Assembly: GCA_963827275.1 (NCBI GenBank)
Contig: CAWHAA010000008.1
Location: 64,001 to 128,000 of the forward strand
Reading direction: 5' to 3'
Source of the DNA: an uncultured Spirochaetota bacterium
Lineage (GTDB): Bacteria; Spirochaetota; UBA4802; UBA5550
Length of the DNA: 64,000 nt
Notes under the pieces: model-generated
What the model saw: only the letters and a program-made list of their open reading frames with translations
The model's database searches: none
What the model was told of the DNA's origin: nothing
Shown here: positions 43,113 to 55,126 of the stretch, in pieces
How positions within the stretch are numbered: the stretch's first letter is position 1
Layout: each line of letters begins with the position of its first letter
Translations under genes and position numbers: made by a program

Positions 43113-46100
43113 GTGTTGATGGGTTTTATCAAAAAAAACGGCTATGAAGCCATGCCACAGGGGAAATTGATCGATGGCAATAATTTCCTGTCATTTGCAC
43201 TGGTCGGGGCCCTCTTTGCCGATCTCTATTTTCTGCTCAAACATTACTTTTTTTATGACCCCGTGCTGAATATTATCACCGTCTTTGGCCTTGGCGGCAT
43301 CTGCCTCGGCAACCTGGCGGGAAGGGTGCTCTTTCCGCGTTTCAGGAACGCCAGGCTGATAAATATTCTTTCACAGACGATTTTCGCCATTGTATTTCTC
43401 CTTTATTCCATCAGGAACCTTGTAGTTCGCGAGGCGGGTGATTTTTTTATACAGTCGTTTTTTACTTTTAAATACGGGATACCCGTCCTGCTCTTTGTCG
43501 CTTCATTCGCCTTCGGCATTACAATACATCATTCAATCCGGATATCGTGCGCTGAATATTCTGATAAAAAAAGGGGTACGGAGCGGTTTGCGGGGGCACT
43601 GCTTGCGGGGACGCTGCTCGGGGTGCTGCTGTCCGGCGCCTTCTACTCGTATGATGTGCCGCTGCTGTATCTCGCTCCCCTCGCACTTGCCCTTGTCGGG
43701 ACGGGGTTCTTCATCACCCTCCCCTTTGAACCGGCGCCGCTTCGCATGAGCGCACCGGTTGATGAAGGCCCGCTCAGGGAGCGCCCCTCCCAGCCGGAGC
43801 GGCGGGCCGACGCGGTGCTCTACACCTATCTGAGCTTCGTGTCAGTGCTGCTCTATGCGTACCTTGGCTTCATCGCCATCAGCAGGTATTACGGCGACCT
43901 GGTGTTCGTGGGCTCCCTCTTCATGGCGGTGCTCCTGGCATCGCTGCTCGGCGGCTATGCCGCCGGTGGGCTCATACGGGCCCCGTACCTGCACGTATAC
44001 GGCGCCGCCTCCTTCCCGCTCGCGTTTCTCACGTTCCTGGCGCTCCTCATGAACTTCAGCCACGCCCTTCACTTCATGTCCGGCATTCTTCTGTTCGTCC
44101 CGGCGGGGTTCCTGCTGGGGGCGGTGCTGCGACTGGCCATCGGCGCGCTCTGTCGGCGATGGGACAGTAAAAAAAGGTCAACCGTGGTAGAGATATCGTT
44201 CTTCATTCTGCCGGTGCCGATCGTCATTTCGATGGGGTTCATTGACTTCACCAATAGTATCTATTATGCCATCGCCTGCGTGGTCATGCTCATGAACGTC
44301 GTGATCCCGGCGATATCGATGATCAACCATGACATGAAGGTATTCCGGAAAGCGCTCTACTACTTCTTTTCGCTGTTGTTCCTGCCGCTGCTGGTGTTCA
44401 TGGTCCTGTATTTCAGGGTCCCCCTCGACACCGGCCTCTTTGCGCCGCGCGTAAAAAATTTTGACGAGCTGAAGAACGTCAACTATAACGCGGATTATAT
44501 ACGGAGCAACGTGGTCATATCATTGAGCGGGGAGCCGGTATTTGCCCTGTCCGACAGCGTCGTGCGGAACCTGAAGCGGGCGCTCGTGCCGCTTGCCATG
44601 CACCACCCGGAAAAAAAGAAGATGCTGGTCATAGACGGGTACCAGCGGTTTTTCAGAAACCCTGTCATCGGGTATTACAAGAATTCCACCTGCCTTGACC
44701 TGCTCACCGACCGTGACGTTGACTACAACAGGCTCCCCTTTTCGGGGACACAGAAATACGTACCGGACAATCACTCGCTTCTGCTCTACCTCGAGAGGAA
44801 CAGGAACGCGTATTATACCATCGTCGATGTCCCCAACCTGCTCGACCAGGCCATGGGGCGCTTCAGGTTTTCAGAGGAATATTACCGCATCATGAAGGGA
44901 CGGCTTGAGAAGGGCGGCCTTTTCGTCCAGGTGTTCAGCGTCCCCGGGTGCCGGCCGGAGCTTTTCTCGGATGCCCTGCGCGGCCTGAAAAAATCATTCA
45001 AAGCGCATATCATCTATTATTTTTCAAACATCCTTGTCGTGATCGCGTCTGACCATGAAGGGGCGCTGGCGCTCGGGCAGGATTCATATGAGCGTCTCGC
45101 CGGATTTTTCAAATCCCACGAGGAACCGGCCAGAATATTTCTCAATGAACCGCATCTTCTCTCGCACCTTCTCGGCACGCGGCTCGATGACCTGCTCGCC
45201 GCCGCGCCGCACGGGAGCTTCTTCCCCGCCCTGATGCTCACGGCGGCGGGACGGACCGCCCTGTCCCCGGCGCTCGAAGAATCGTTTACAGTGGAAAACA
45301 GAAGGGCATTTGGGCTTATCGGCCCCGGCGACCGTACCCTGTTTCAGCAGGCGCTTGCCATGTCCTTCCAGCCCGATGACGCGATATTCACCCTGCTTAA
45401 GAAGACGGAACTGGCCGAAGCGCGCGAGCGATATAAGGAAGAGACCGTTCTCCTGTTCGAGCTGAAAAAGCAGGCGGAATACCGCATCCCTCTGCAGAAT
45501 TATGTCCGGTCGATGCTCGCCTACAAGGAAAAATATTACTATGCCGCGGCACTGCGCCTCGAAAAGGAGAAGGAATGGGAAGAGGCGCGCGAGCTCTACC
45601 GGGCGGTGCTCAGGATCAACCCCGATAATTTTGACGCCAACTACCGGATGGGCCTGCTCTGCATAACCCTCCAGGACATCGAGGGCTCCTTCAATTATTT
45701 CCAGGAGGCGATGCGCATCAACAAGGACCACCCCAAGGTGCTCTTCCAGATGGGCATTCTCTATTATTCCAGCGGGAAGACCGGGGAGGCCGTCGAGTAT
45801 TTCAATAAGGCGCTCCTCCAGAATGAAAAGATGCCGCAGCTATACCGCTACATGGGCCTCTGCTATGAAAAGCTTGAAAACCTGTACGAGGCCGAGCGGT
45901 ATTACGCCAAGGCGCTGCTCTCCGACCCCAACGACACGGACACGAAAGCCCGGCTGGATGATGTTCGCATGAAAATTGAGAAGGAGAGCAATAAGTGGAA
46001 AACGCCGGAGATGAAGAACGAGATGGACGTCGAGCAGGACTCCGAGATGCCGCTGCCGGTGAGCAAGGGCGCCTACGATATCCGGCTCAAGGACAATGAC

Positions 46101-46199
46101 GGTTCGCTTCCGGTTATTGACCCTGCCACCGGCAATGAGCTACAGACGGAACAGAGCGGCGGCGGCGCGGTCGGCGGCCCGCAGCCTGAACGTAAATGA
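43113..46199 (+). CDS. Multi-TM protein with degenerate spermidine-synthase-like domain and C-terminal TPRs; start uncertain
   Basis: Many TM helices, FSEEYYRIMKGRLEKGGLFVQ, TPR repeats near the C-terminus. Confidence 0.7.
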   Translation: MLMGFIKKNGYEAMPQGKLIDGNNFLSFALVGALFADLYFLLKHYFFYDPVLNIITVFGLGGICLGNLAGRVLFPRFRNARLINILSQTIFAIVFLLYSIRNLVVREAGDFFIQSFFTFKYGIPVLLFVASFAFGITIHHSIRISCAEYSDKKRGTERFAGALLAGTLLGVLLSGAFYSYDVPLLYLAPLALALVGTGFFITLPFEPAPLRMSAPVDEGPLRERPSQPERRADAVLYTYLSFVSVLLYAYLGFIAISRYYGDLVFVGSLFMAVLLASLLGGYAAGGLIRAPYLHVYGAASFPLAFLTFLALLMNFSHALHFMSGILLFVPAGFLLGAVLRLAIGALCRRWDSKKRSTVVEISFFILPVPIVISMGFIDFTNSIYYAIACVVMLMNVVIPAISMINHDMKVFRKALYYFFSLLFLPLLVFMVLYFRVPLDTGLFAPRVKNFDELKNVNYNADYIRSNVVISLSGEPVFALSDSVVRNLKRALVPLAMHHPEKKKMLVIDGYQRFFRNPVIGYYKNSTCLDLLTDRDVDYNRLPFSGTQKYVPDNHSLLLYLERNRNAYYTIVDVPNLLDQAMGRFRFSEEYYRIMKGRLEKGGLFVQVFSVPGCRPELFSDALRGLKKSFKAHIIYYFSNILVVIASDHEGALALGQDSYERLAGFFKSHEEPARIFLNEPHLLSHLLGTRLDDLLAAAPHGSFFPALMLTAAGRTALSPALEESFTVENRRAFGLIGPGDRTLFQQALAMSFQPDDAIFTLLKKTELAEARERYKEETVLLFELKKQAEYRIPLQNYVRSMLAYKEKYYYAAALRLEKEKEWEEARELYRAVLRINPDNFDANYRMGLLCITLQDIEGSFNYFQEAMRINKDHPKVLFQMGILYYSSGKTGEAVEYFNKALLQNEKMPQLYRYMGLCYEKLENLYEAERYYAKALLSDPNDTDTKARLDDVRMKIEKESNKWKTPEMKNEMDVEQDSEMPLPVSKGAYDIRLKDNDGSLPVIDPATGNELQTEQSGGGAVGGPQPERK

Positions 46200-46221
46200 G
46201 GCCAACAGGGGACCGGTGACT

Positions 46222-46788
46222 ATGGAGAAGAGCGCACTGAGAAGTGTATACCGGGCATCGGCGCGGAAAAGCGTCTGCCTCGCGGCGCTGGTCTGTGTTG
46301 CGCTGCTGACCCTTATTACATGGAAAATCGACGCCGCACTGGCGGGGGCCGGCGGCGAGGGGGTCCTCCGCCTGCAGCTTTCCTTTACCGAGGGCACCTT
46401 CGGGGCGATTCTCTCTTCGTGGCGGAGCGGCGGCGTTGATCTGATGATGAACACGCTGTGGCTTTATTGCATTTATTATGCCGCATGCGGCGTGTTGTTT
46501 TCGTCCGCCATGGCCTATTTTTCGCTGCTCGGGCGCGGCGAGGACTGGCCGATAGGAACGGCGGACCTCGTCTGTTTTTCTCTCCCGGCCGCCGGCGCGG
46601 CGGCGGGATGGGTGGCCCTCTTCCTGCTGGCCCGGATATTCAGGGGAGATGCCGCGTCCGGCCGCCTTATATGTGCCGAATCGGTCGCCGCATCCCTCTC
46701 CTGGGCGTTCTTCCTGGTATCGCTGGTCCTGGTGCTGAGGAGCTACTTTCTCTTCAGAAAGCGTCAGAAGCCCGGGGCCGTGCAGTAA
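46222..46788 (+). CDS. Hypothetical membrane protein
   Basis: Four hydrophobic segments; follows the upstream gene by 22 bp. Confidence 0.65.
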   Translation: MEKSALRSVYRASARKSVCLAALVCVALLTLITWKIDAALAGAGGEGVLRLQLSFTEGTFGAILSSWRSGGVDLMMNTLWLYCIYYAACGVLFSSAMAYFSLLGRGEDWPIGTADLVCFSLPAAGAAAGWVALFLLARIFRGDAASGRLICAESVAASLSWAFFLVSLVLVLRSYFLFRKRQKPGAVQ

Positions 46789-46886
46789 ACCGGCAGATCA
46801 TCCGCCTGTCCTGTTCAGCTGTCATGTCATGCCGCTGGTTTTCGATGGTATGAACGGCCGGCCGTGCTCCATCACGGCCGATTGCG

Positions 46887-47855
46887 TTACCGGTTTTCCC
46901 TGACGAGCATCTCGGCCTGTCGCTTCAGCTGGTCCGGAGGAAGGGGGATATACCCCGTTTCAGGAACGAAGCGCTGGCCCTCCCCGAGTATCCAGAGGAG
47001 AAAGCGGATGACCTCTTTTTCGCGGGGTATGCCGCGCGACACGAGGTGCAGGTTCCGCGCCGGCGGAGAGGGGAACCGGTTCTCAGAAATGGCCTTCATT
47101 AGTGAATCACGGTCCGCGTAAAAATTCTCGGCCGGATCGATCATCCCGTTCCCGTTGCTGTCGATAGGGAGGGGAATGATGCCCCGCACGGGGGCTTTTG
47201 TCGCCGCGTCAAAGGCATAGTTCACGTTGTTGTAGCCGATGCCAAAAATGTCGCTGCGCACCGCGTCGGTAATGCCGGGATCACCGTACACCCCGGTCCC
47301 CTTAAGGTCCTCCTGCGAGCCCCCCGCGTATTTCGCCCAGGTCCCGGCAGCCCCGCATGCATCGGAACGGGTATAGACGCGGATGGGGCAGGGCGTGTCG
47401 CTTTTCACGAAGCGGCCCCAGTCCCGGGCGCTGCCGGTGATCCATATCAGCGCGCATTCGTTCCTGGTGAGGCCGCGCTTCAGCAGCGCCTCTTTCTGGG
47501 GGTGGCGTTCATTTATGACCGGGACCACGGCGTCCCTGGCAATGCTGATCCACCAGGCGCCTCTGCCGATTTCTGTACTGGTAACGTCACGGGAAACCAT
47601 GCCGAGGTCGACGGCGCCGGTGAGCGCGTCGGTCAGCCCCTTTCCCGCGCCGCCCGCCGAGATGTCTATCTCGGTACCGGGGTTCTGCCTGCGGTATTCA
47701 GAGGCCCATTTCAGCGCCATCGGGTAGAGGGCCCATGCCCCGGAGATGGTGATTTTCCCGTCCATTGCGGAAGCGCCGTCATGGCCTTTCTTTCCGGAGC
47801 AGCCGGACATGAGGGCCAGAATGATAATGATGCCGATTGTTTTTTTTGTTCCCAT
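46887..47855 (-). CDS. pstS: Phosphate ABC transporter substrate-binding lipoprotein (PstS family)
   Basis: MSGC lipobox, ISGAWALYP, GGAGKG, DLGMVSR, TRSDACG. Confidence 0.85.
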   Translation of the reverse strand: MGTKKTIGIIIILALMSGCSGKKGHDGASAMDGKITISGAWALYPMALKWASEYRRQNPGTEIDISAGGAGKGLTDALTGAVDLGMVSRDVTSTEIGRGAWWISIARDAVVPVINERHPQKEALLKRGLTRNECALIWITGSARDWGRFVKSDTPCPIRVYTRSDACGAAGTWAKYAGGSQEDLKGTGVYGDPGITDAVRSDIFGIGYNNVNYAFDAATKAPVRGIIPLPIDSNGNGMIDPAENFYADRDSLMKAISENRFPSPPARNLHLVSRGIPREKEVIRFLLWILGEGQRFVPETGYIPLPPDQLKRQAEMLVRENR

Positions 47856-48304
47856 GGTATCCCTACAGGTCACTAACATCAATGCCCTGTTGGAAATAAT
47901 CAAGCGATTTCTTAAATTCCTGTCAGGGCAGTGCAGGGGAATAATCAGAAGTGTGCCCCATATTATGTCGTATTTATGTGATAATTATATATTTTTTTGA
48001 AATTAATTAAGAAAATTATAACTAAATTTTATAAAATTATTGATTGTATACAACAAATAAAGTACCTTATAATCAGTTTAAAATTACTAATATAACCCAT
48101 TCGGGCGGGTTTTATTCGTTGACCGATTTTGTATAAAATATTATTATTAAAATTTTATAATAAGATTATCGTATGGTTACAGACGACAGTAATATTAGTT
48201 ACCTCCATAGTTTTATGACTCATATGGGCTCATTAACAGGAAAATTTTTCTTCCCGGATTGCCGGGCATCGGATATAAGATATAATCAGCGAGGGTCCAA
48301 CCGT

Positions 48305-51300
48305 ATGAATACGCCAGCCGCAGTAAAAAAAATCATGACCATTATCAGCGTGTTACTCCTGGGGGCAGGGTCCCTCGGTTGTAACGGGAAGGTTTTCAGC
48401 GCACTGCTTAATGATGATACTATTCCTTTTCTTGCAATGATCGCGCTGAACGGAGGCCCGAGTGTATCGTTAACCTCAACGCCGGTGATAAACATCGCGA
48501 ACGTTGGCGGATATTCGATTACCGGCGCCTGTTCCGAGGAGGGCCAGCCGGTAACGGTGGCGATCAGCGACGGCACGCTGACGGCAAGCGCGACGCCTCT
48601 CTGCACCTCCGGGACATTTACCGCAGATACGTGGTCTTCCCCGCTGAGCGGGCTTGCCGACAGCCCGACGATCCTGATCACCGCAGACCACGCGAGCGCC
48701 GAAGGAAGGGCCGCCCGGCAGGCCACTGCCACCGTGGTCAAGGACACGGCCGCCCCCGGGGTAACGATTTCCTCCACCGCGCCTCAGCCGACGAACCTGG
48801 CGATTCCGGTGACCATTACCTTTACCGAGAATGTAACCGGCTTTGAATCAACTGAAATAATCGTAGGCAACGGGACTGCCGGGAGCTTTACGGGAAGCGG
48901 GACAACCTATACGGCGATTATCACTCCTGCGGTCGATGGCCCGGTTACCGTTGATATCAATGCCGGGGTTGCGCAGGACGCGGCGGGGAACCCCAACACT
49001 GTCGCATCGCAGTTCACAAGGACCTATGATACGAGCAGTCTTCTCGTCTCTATTTCTTCAACCGCGTCTGACCCGACAAATGCGGTGATCCCGATCACGA
49101 TAACCTTCTCACGAAGCGTTACCGGATTTGAATCAACTGAAATAATCGTAGGCAACGGGACAGCCGGGAGCTTTGCGGGAAGCGGGACAACCTATACTGC
49201 AGTCATAACGCCTTCGGCCCAGGGAGAGGTGACGGTCGATATCAACGCGGCTGTAGCGGAGGATAGCCTGGGCTATCAGAACACCGCCGCTACCCAGTTC
49301 AGCATAACGTATGATTCGATACCGCCAACGGTAACCATCGGTTCGCCGAGCGACACGCTGATCAATTCGGCGCAGGAACACCATCTATCACCCTGACCTA
49401 TGACGTGGCGCCCACGGGCCTTGATTCAGGCGACATCCACGTGCCGGGGACCGGTGTACCTGCTCCGATGTCGATTGACGAACGCGACGACCGACACGCC
49501 CGATGTGCGGATATCCGGCTGCACGGGGAATGGATCGTTAACGATAACGGTCGACGCCGGCACGTCGCAGGACGCTGCGGGCAATTCTGACCTTGGCGAC
49601 AGCACGAGCGATTCCGTCACCGTGGACAACACACCGCCGACCATAACCTCGGTAGCGACAGCAAAGATAGACGGCACCTACACCATCGGGGAAGTCATCA
49701 ATATTGCGGTTGTATTCAGCGAGACGGTGACCCTGGCGGGCGCGGGCGGGACCCTTGATGTTGCCCTGAACAGCGGTGCGACCCTGAATGTGCCGACTTT
49801 CTCGGGAACATCCACTGACATAAATTACACGGTAGCGGCGGGCGAGTCCACGCCGGTATCGACAGCGCTGGACAGCTCCGGCATCAGCCTGGGCGGCGGC
49901 GCAACTCTCGTTGACGCGGCGGGGAACGCGATTTCAAGCTTCACCCCAGATTCGAACATCTCAGCGACACGGACCATTTACATCGACGCGGTCCTTCCCG
50001 CGATCACCTCCGCTGAGACGATGGACGCGGACACCGACGGCAAGATCGATCACTACAGGGTGACCTTCAACAGGAACATCAACGACAGCACCTTTGTCGC
50101 GGGCGAGTGGTCCGTGGCCGGCTATGCCATCACGGGCCTTGACACGAGTGCGGCCGCGCCGATATCGGACGCCGCGAACGACACTGTACTGTACATAGCG
50201 TTCTCCGAGCTTGGCGGCACCGTGGGCGATACGGGGGCGAAGCCTGATCTGACCACTCCCGGAACATTAACCCTTGCGGATTTCCGCGGAAACCCGATGG
50301 CGGCGGTGCCTGATACCGATGATGTGATTGAAACCGACAGGGCGGCGCCGGTCATCATGAAAGCAACCGGTCAAACCGGGGTCAACGGCCTGTCGATAGA
50401 GTTTTCCGAGCAGGTTGACGCGAACGGTGCCGCCGGCGCATGCCCGGGCGGGGATGGTAATGACCTGACCGCTGGAAGCTTCGTGTATATCGATGACAGC
50501 GGCGATGGGGCCGGCAGCATAAGCAGCATGGGCAGCGACGCAACCGCGTGCAGCACGTCCGGGAACTACGCCGTAAACGTGATACTGAACGTGAACATGG
50601 AAACCAGCGACCTTGATGTTGACCATCTGGCCCCTGCCCTGAACGCAGTCCGCGACATGGGCGACAACCCGGCTGACAGCGGGAGGCAGGTCGCGGTCAC
50701 CGGTGCGGTATCGCCGTACGTGTACGACGTGTACCCGAATTTAAGGACCAAGATACGGGTGGCCTTCTCAGAGCCGGTTGACAATACCGCGGCGACAAAC
50801 GCGACCAGCGCGCTCAACCATGCGAACTATTCGCTTGCCGAGAACCCGGTGGAGTCCGGGTGCTCAGCCGGCGGCGGCGGCGCGGACACGGTCGCTATCG
50901 ACACCGCGACCCCCATCGTGGACGTCAACGGCGACGGCACGGTGTTCGAGCTCACGACCACGGCAACCCAGTGCGGATCGACGACCTACGAGCTGACCGT
51001 GGACCAGGCGATTATAGACCAGAATGACCACGTGGGGCTGGTCCCCCCGTACATCATGACCTTCCTGGGCAACGAACAGCTCAGGGTGGTGAGCGGTTCG
51101 AACCTCAGCATCAACTCCATGGTCGTCGTGTTCAACAAGGCGGTGGAGGCCGGGACCGGGGACGGCGGCGCCGAGCTTGCGACGCGGTACCATTTCAATA
51201 ACACCACCATCGGCTCAGCTCCGACGAGCGCGGTGCGCGGGTCCGCCCCGAACGCGAACCGGGTCACCCTGGGGACGAGCTTCTTCCAGAAGGCCCGCAC

Positions 51301-53149
51301 CTATGTGGTCATAGGCGCGAACGGCGACGACCTCTACGGATTTACCGAAGGAGGGGTCGGGGCTATCAAGACAACGACGAATGTTTCGGAAGGGGCTGAA
51401 ATTCCCCAGGAGAACCTGCAGGCCTATCCCAGGGACCGGGCGCCCTGGGTGGGTTACGGGACCCCCATCCTCAATCTTGACGACGGCCCGCTTTCAGAGG
51501 ACCCGTTCGCGGACACGTCCACGTTCGGCTACCTGGCGTCCTACGGGGGCAAGGTCTATATCGGCCCGAACAACCTGGGGAACGCCACGAGCCGCATGGA
51601 CCCTGACGCGAGCAACCCGGAAGTCGCCTACTTCCAGTTTGAGAAGGACACCTCGGGAACGACCGGCAGTGACGGCGAAACCAACCAGGCGAGCAACGAC
51701 GCTACCACCAGGGACGGCACTATAGCGGTGCCACCCTATGTTACCATCGGACATACGGGGTGTACCGCGGATACCGCGGACATAAATACCGGATGCGGGC
51801 CTGACAACGAGAACGGCAGGGGCGTGTTCAGCTCAGGCATGATCGGCTCGACCGAGTACATATTCCTCGGCGGCGCGCGCACCGTGCCGGACGGCGACGA
51901 CTACTACTGGTTCGATTACGTGTATTACACTTCCGGGACCGGCGACACGCTCACCTTTAATTACGTGGACATGGGGACCATCACCGGCACGGTGACGTCG
52001 GGACTCTCCTCCAACCTGCTCTTCAACGACCGCCTCCAGGTCGGCATGGCGAAATACAACACGAACGCGCCGGATTTCGGCAAGATCAATTTCTCAACCG
52101 GCAGCGCGCAGGGAGACTGCACGCCGGGCGCAAACTGCGACGCGACGGACAACTCATACGGCGACCGCTACTTCATAAACTGCATCGACTACTTCGGCGG
52201 TGTGGACCAGGCGGGTACGCAGAATACCTACACCAACTGGGCCTATTATGTCGGCGTTGACACGATGTATAATTTCCGGGGCAGGCTGTATGCGGCAAAC
52301 GGCGGCCACAATTCCCAGAACCATGACGGAGGCGTGATCCGCTCTGACGGGGCGAATTACGCGAATCCGACCGCATGCCCGTTTGATTCCGGTGATCATG
52401 AATGCACCGGCTCGCCGAACCGCTGCCCGGACTGGCTGGAGATCGCGCCGCGCACCCAGCAGGAATGGTACAACACGGATACCCCTGCGTCCCCGCGGTT
52501 CTCGCTTGAGCTGACCAAGACGGCTGACCTTATCCCGGGGGACAAGGCTTCGCCTGCCTTTGCCGAGTACGAGGGCAAGCTCTACATGATACGGAACACC
52601 TGCCAGACGGCGGCGACAGGATCGGGCGTTGACGGCGCCCAGCATTACACCGCGGGCTGTACCGTTGCATCATACACCTACGTTTCAACGGAAGTCCAGA
52701 ACCGGCAGCCGCAGCTCTGGGTGTGCACGCCGGGCACTACCGGTGATGCCGACGAGTGCGACGCCGGCGACTGGGCACTGGTGGACGACGCCACGCCTGA
52801 CGGCATCACGAACTTCGGCGACGCCGGCAACCACTCGATCACCATGGTGATGAAGAGCGGCAAGTACCTGTACGTGGGTCTGGACAATGTCAACGGCATA
52901 CAGGTATACCGGGTCAATACGGTTGCCGGGGTCCCGGTCGCCAGCCCGACCGAGGATGATTTCGAGCGGATAGGCACCGGCGTGCCCGGCATTGACGGCG
53001 ATATGTACAAGGAGATCTATTCCTACATCTCGATACCCGGCACGGGCATCTATTCGAACTATTCCTTCCTGTATATAAGCGCGGGAAAGAATTCCACGCC
53101 GGTTGCGATCTTCATCGAGATGGGCGGAAACACCGCTCCCTATGAATAG
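48305..53149 (+). CDS. Large Ig-like-repeat surface lipoprotein with LigB/LigC-like C-terminal region (frameshifts near 49375-49470)
   Basis: SLGC lipobox; Big repeats; C-terminal DPF..FG..YIGPN, VTIGHTGC, GCGPDNENGRGVF, NAPDFGKI, LYAANGG, FSLELTK, PQLW.C motifs recalled from Leptospira LigB. Confidence 0.82.
48836..49198 (+). repeat. Intragenic near-identical duplication (285-bp period) encoding two Ig-like domains
   Basis: accgg(c/a)tttgaatcaactgaaataatcgtaggcaacgggac...gggaagcgggacaacctatac at 48836 and 49121. Confidence 0.85.
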
Positions 53150-53171
53150 GAACGAGCCGTACATCAGAAAC

Positions 53172-53205
53172 AAAAAACCGGTCGCATCAAGCGGCCGGTT
53201 TTTTT
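53172..53205. terminator. Bidirectional intrinsic terminator
   Basis: aaaaaaccggtcgc-atcaa-gcggccggttttttt between convergent genes. Confidence 0.85.
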
Positions 53206-53223
53206 GTAATTTGCCGGGGATGG

Positions 53224-54156
53224 TTAATCCGGTTTTTTCTTCACCGCTTCTTTCCTGATCTTCATCATGTAGCGGAACATCAGGCGCGTGAAATTGCTTG
53301 TGCTCTCGAGGGAGGACATGTCCTGGAAGAGAAACACCATCCAGCGGTACTGGCACAGGGCCCAGGTGCCTCCCTTTTCCTTCCAGTGGACCGCCTCCAG
53401 GGGCGCGCCGGCAACCGGGATAAACCTGGCGGGTGTCTTCCTTTCTTTTTCAAGCCGTCTTTTCTGGGCCTGGTACATGGCCTTCGCGTCCGTCGGGGAA
53501 CCGAACCTCATCACGTAGATCTTCGCGACATTGTACTGCATCTGGTAGGTCGCGCCGTAGGCGTTTGTCACCACGATGCCGTTCACGACGCGGTCCCTGA
53601 TGAAGAAGAGCGAGTCCGCGTACCGGTTCTCCTCAGGCAGGACCTTCCGGTGGTAGGAGGCATCCGGCGCGCTCCTGGCCTGTTCGAATTCCGCGAGCAT
53701 CTTTTCGCCGTGCAGTTTATAATACGGGGTGTAGGTCGACGGATTGGTAGGTGAATAGATCCAGAACACGTATTCGCCGTTGCAGCCCGCGGTATAGGGC
53801 GGCCGGTAGGAGATCTCGCCTTTTCCATAGATAGAGCGGTCGCGCGGCATGGCGGTCAGGGCGGAATAGATGCCGAAGGCGTCGTCCGTGGACGGGCAGC
53901 GCGCCATGCCGAGGTGGATCTTTATCCCCCGGTAGTTGTACGCGCCGGCGCTGACGGCGTCCGGCCTGAATTCGCCCAGGGCCGCGCTGATCACCGGTTC
54001 CTTGGAGAAAAGCCGACGGGCGTCTTTATCATCATATTTTTTGATGAGCCTGATCTCGCCCTTTTCATCAAGCGATTTCGGGAGCATGGCGTCCATCCGG
54101 CCGGAGCAGGACAGAATAATCGAAAGAGCAATTAATTGAGGCAGGATTTTAATCAT
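53224..54156 (-). CDS. Hypothetical lipoprotein
   Basis: IILSC lipobox; DAFGIYS motif. Confidence 0.7.
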   Translation of the reverse strand: MIKILPQLIALSIILSCSGRMDAMLPKSLDEKGEIRLIKKYDDKDARRLFSKEPVISAALGEFRPDAVSAGAYNYRGIKIHLGMARCPSTDDAFGIYSALTAMPRDRSIYGKGEISYRPPYTAGCNGEYVFWIYSPTNPSTYTPYYKLHGEKMLAEFEQARSAPDASYHRKVLPEENRYADSLFFIRDRVVNGIVVTNAYGATYQMQYNVAKIYVMRFGSPTDAKAMYQAQKRRLEKERKTPARFIPVAGAPLEAVHWKEKGGTWALCQYRWMVFLFQDMSSLESTSNFTRLMFRYMMKIRKEAVKKKPD

Positions 54157-54410
54157 AAACAATACCTTGTTATCTCCCCCCCGTCCCCCGATGGGGGCGC
54201 GAAGGATCATGCTATTTGTAATATTTGTATCTTAATAGACGATTTCGTCCAATTCAATTGTATGTTGCTTTTCATTGATGCCTTTTTTATCTTCACATTC
54301 AATCAGCCACCTCATCCGTGCCCCCTTCGGGGCGAGGCACTGAGCCTGCCGAAGTGGACAGGAGGGAATTCAGCCCATTCATCAGTGCCCCCTGCAGAGA
54401 CAGATGGGGA

Positions 54411-54824
54411 TCACTTATTTGGCACCACCGGCGCCATCCACATGTCATGGAGGTTGCACTTGACAATGACCCGGTAATTGCCTTTCACCGGGTCGGGGAG
54501 CGTGAAGCGGGCGCGGGGTTCGTCTAAATTAAAGGAAAATTTTTTGACCGCGATCTGTCTGTCGCCGTCCTTGAGGGCGATGGCCTCGATGTAGTGATAC
54601 GGATTCTTTGTCGGCTTCATAGGCACGCGCACATCAATTTGATTTTTAGAGACAAACGTTATCAACGGCACGTGCGTGCCTGACTGGTTCTTCCAGAGCC
54701 CCTCATCGGAAGCGGTGTGGAACTTCGGGATGGGGATCCTCGCGTTTTCGTCCAGGTCGCCGCAGCGGAGAAGAAGGGAAAGCATGATTGATAAAAAAAT
54801 AAGAGGAAATACTGCTGTTTTCAT
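54411..54824 (-). CDS. Desulfoferrodoxin/superoxide-reductase-like exported protein
   Basis: HVP, HYIE, CNLHDMW; N-terminal signal/lipobox. Confidence 0.78.
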   Translation of the reverse strand: MKTAVFPLIFLSIMLSLLLRCGDLDENARIPIPKFHTASDEGLWKNQSGTHVPLITFVSKNQIDVRVPMKPTKNPYHYIEAIALKDGDRQIAVKKFSFNLDEPRARFTLPDPVKGNYRVIVKCNLHDMWMAPVVPNK

Positions 54825-55126
54825 GGCACCGTCCTCCGGGTAAGTTCTGCCGGTCGATTATGAGAATAAGAACCATGCTGTTTTGTTTCAAGCTTATTTT
54901 ATGGAATGCAGGGATTTAATCATGGTGAAAATAATTAATCCTTTGCCGGGGGCCGTACCCGCCGGTTTCAACGCTGCATATTTTCTGATAAATCAGCAAA
55001 GATGCGGGGAAACAATAGTGCATATATGCCGGGGAATTGCCGAAAATATCATATATCAGGATCATATTGTAAAACAACAATTGACATGACGCCGCGGTTC
55101 ATATATAATTACTTAAAGGACACAGT

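Noticed and set aside
54170..54400. GC hairpins as ncRNA or REP element
   Set aside because: Single occurrence in the window and no recognisable family; insufficient support.
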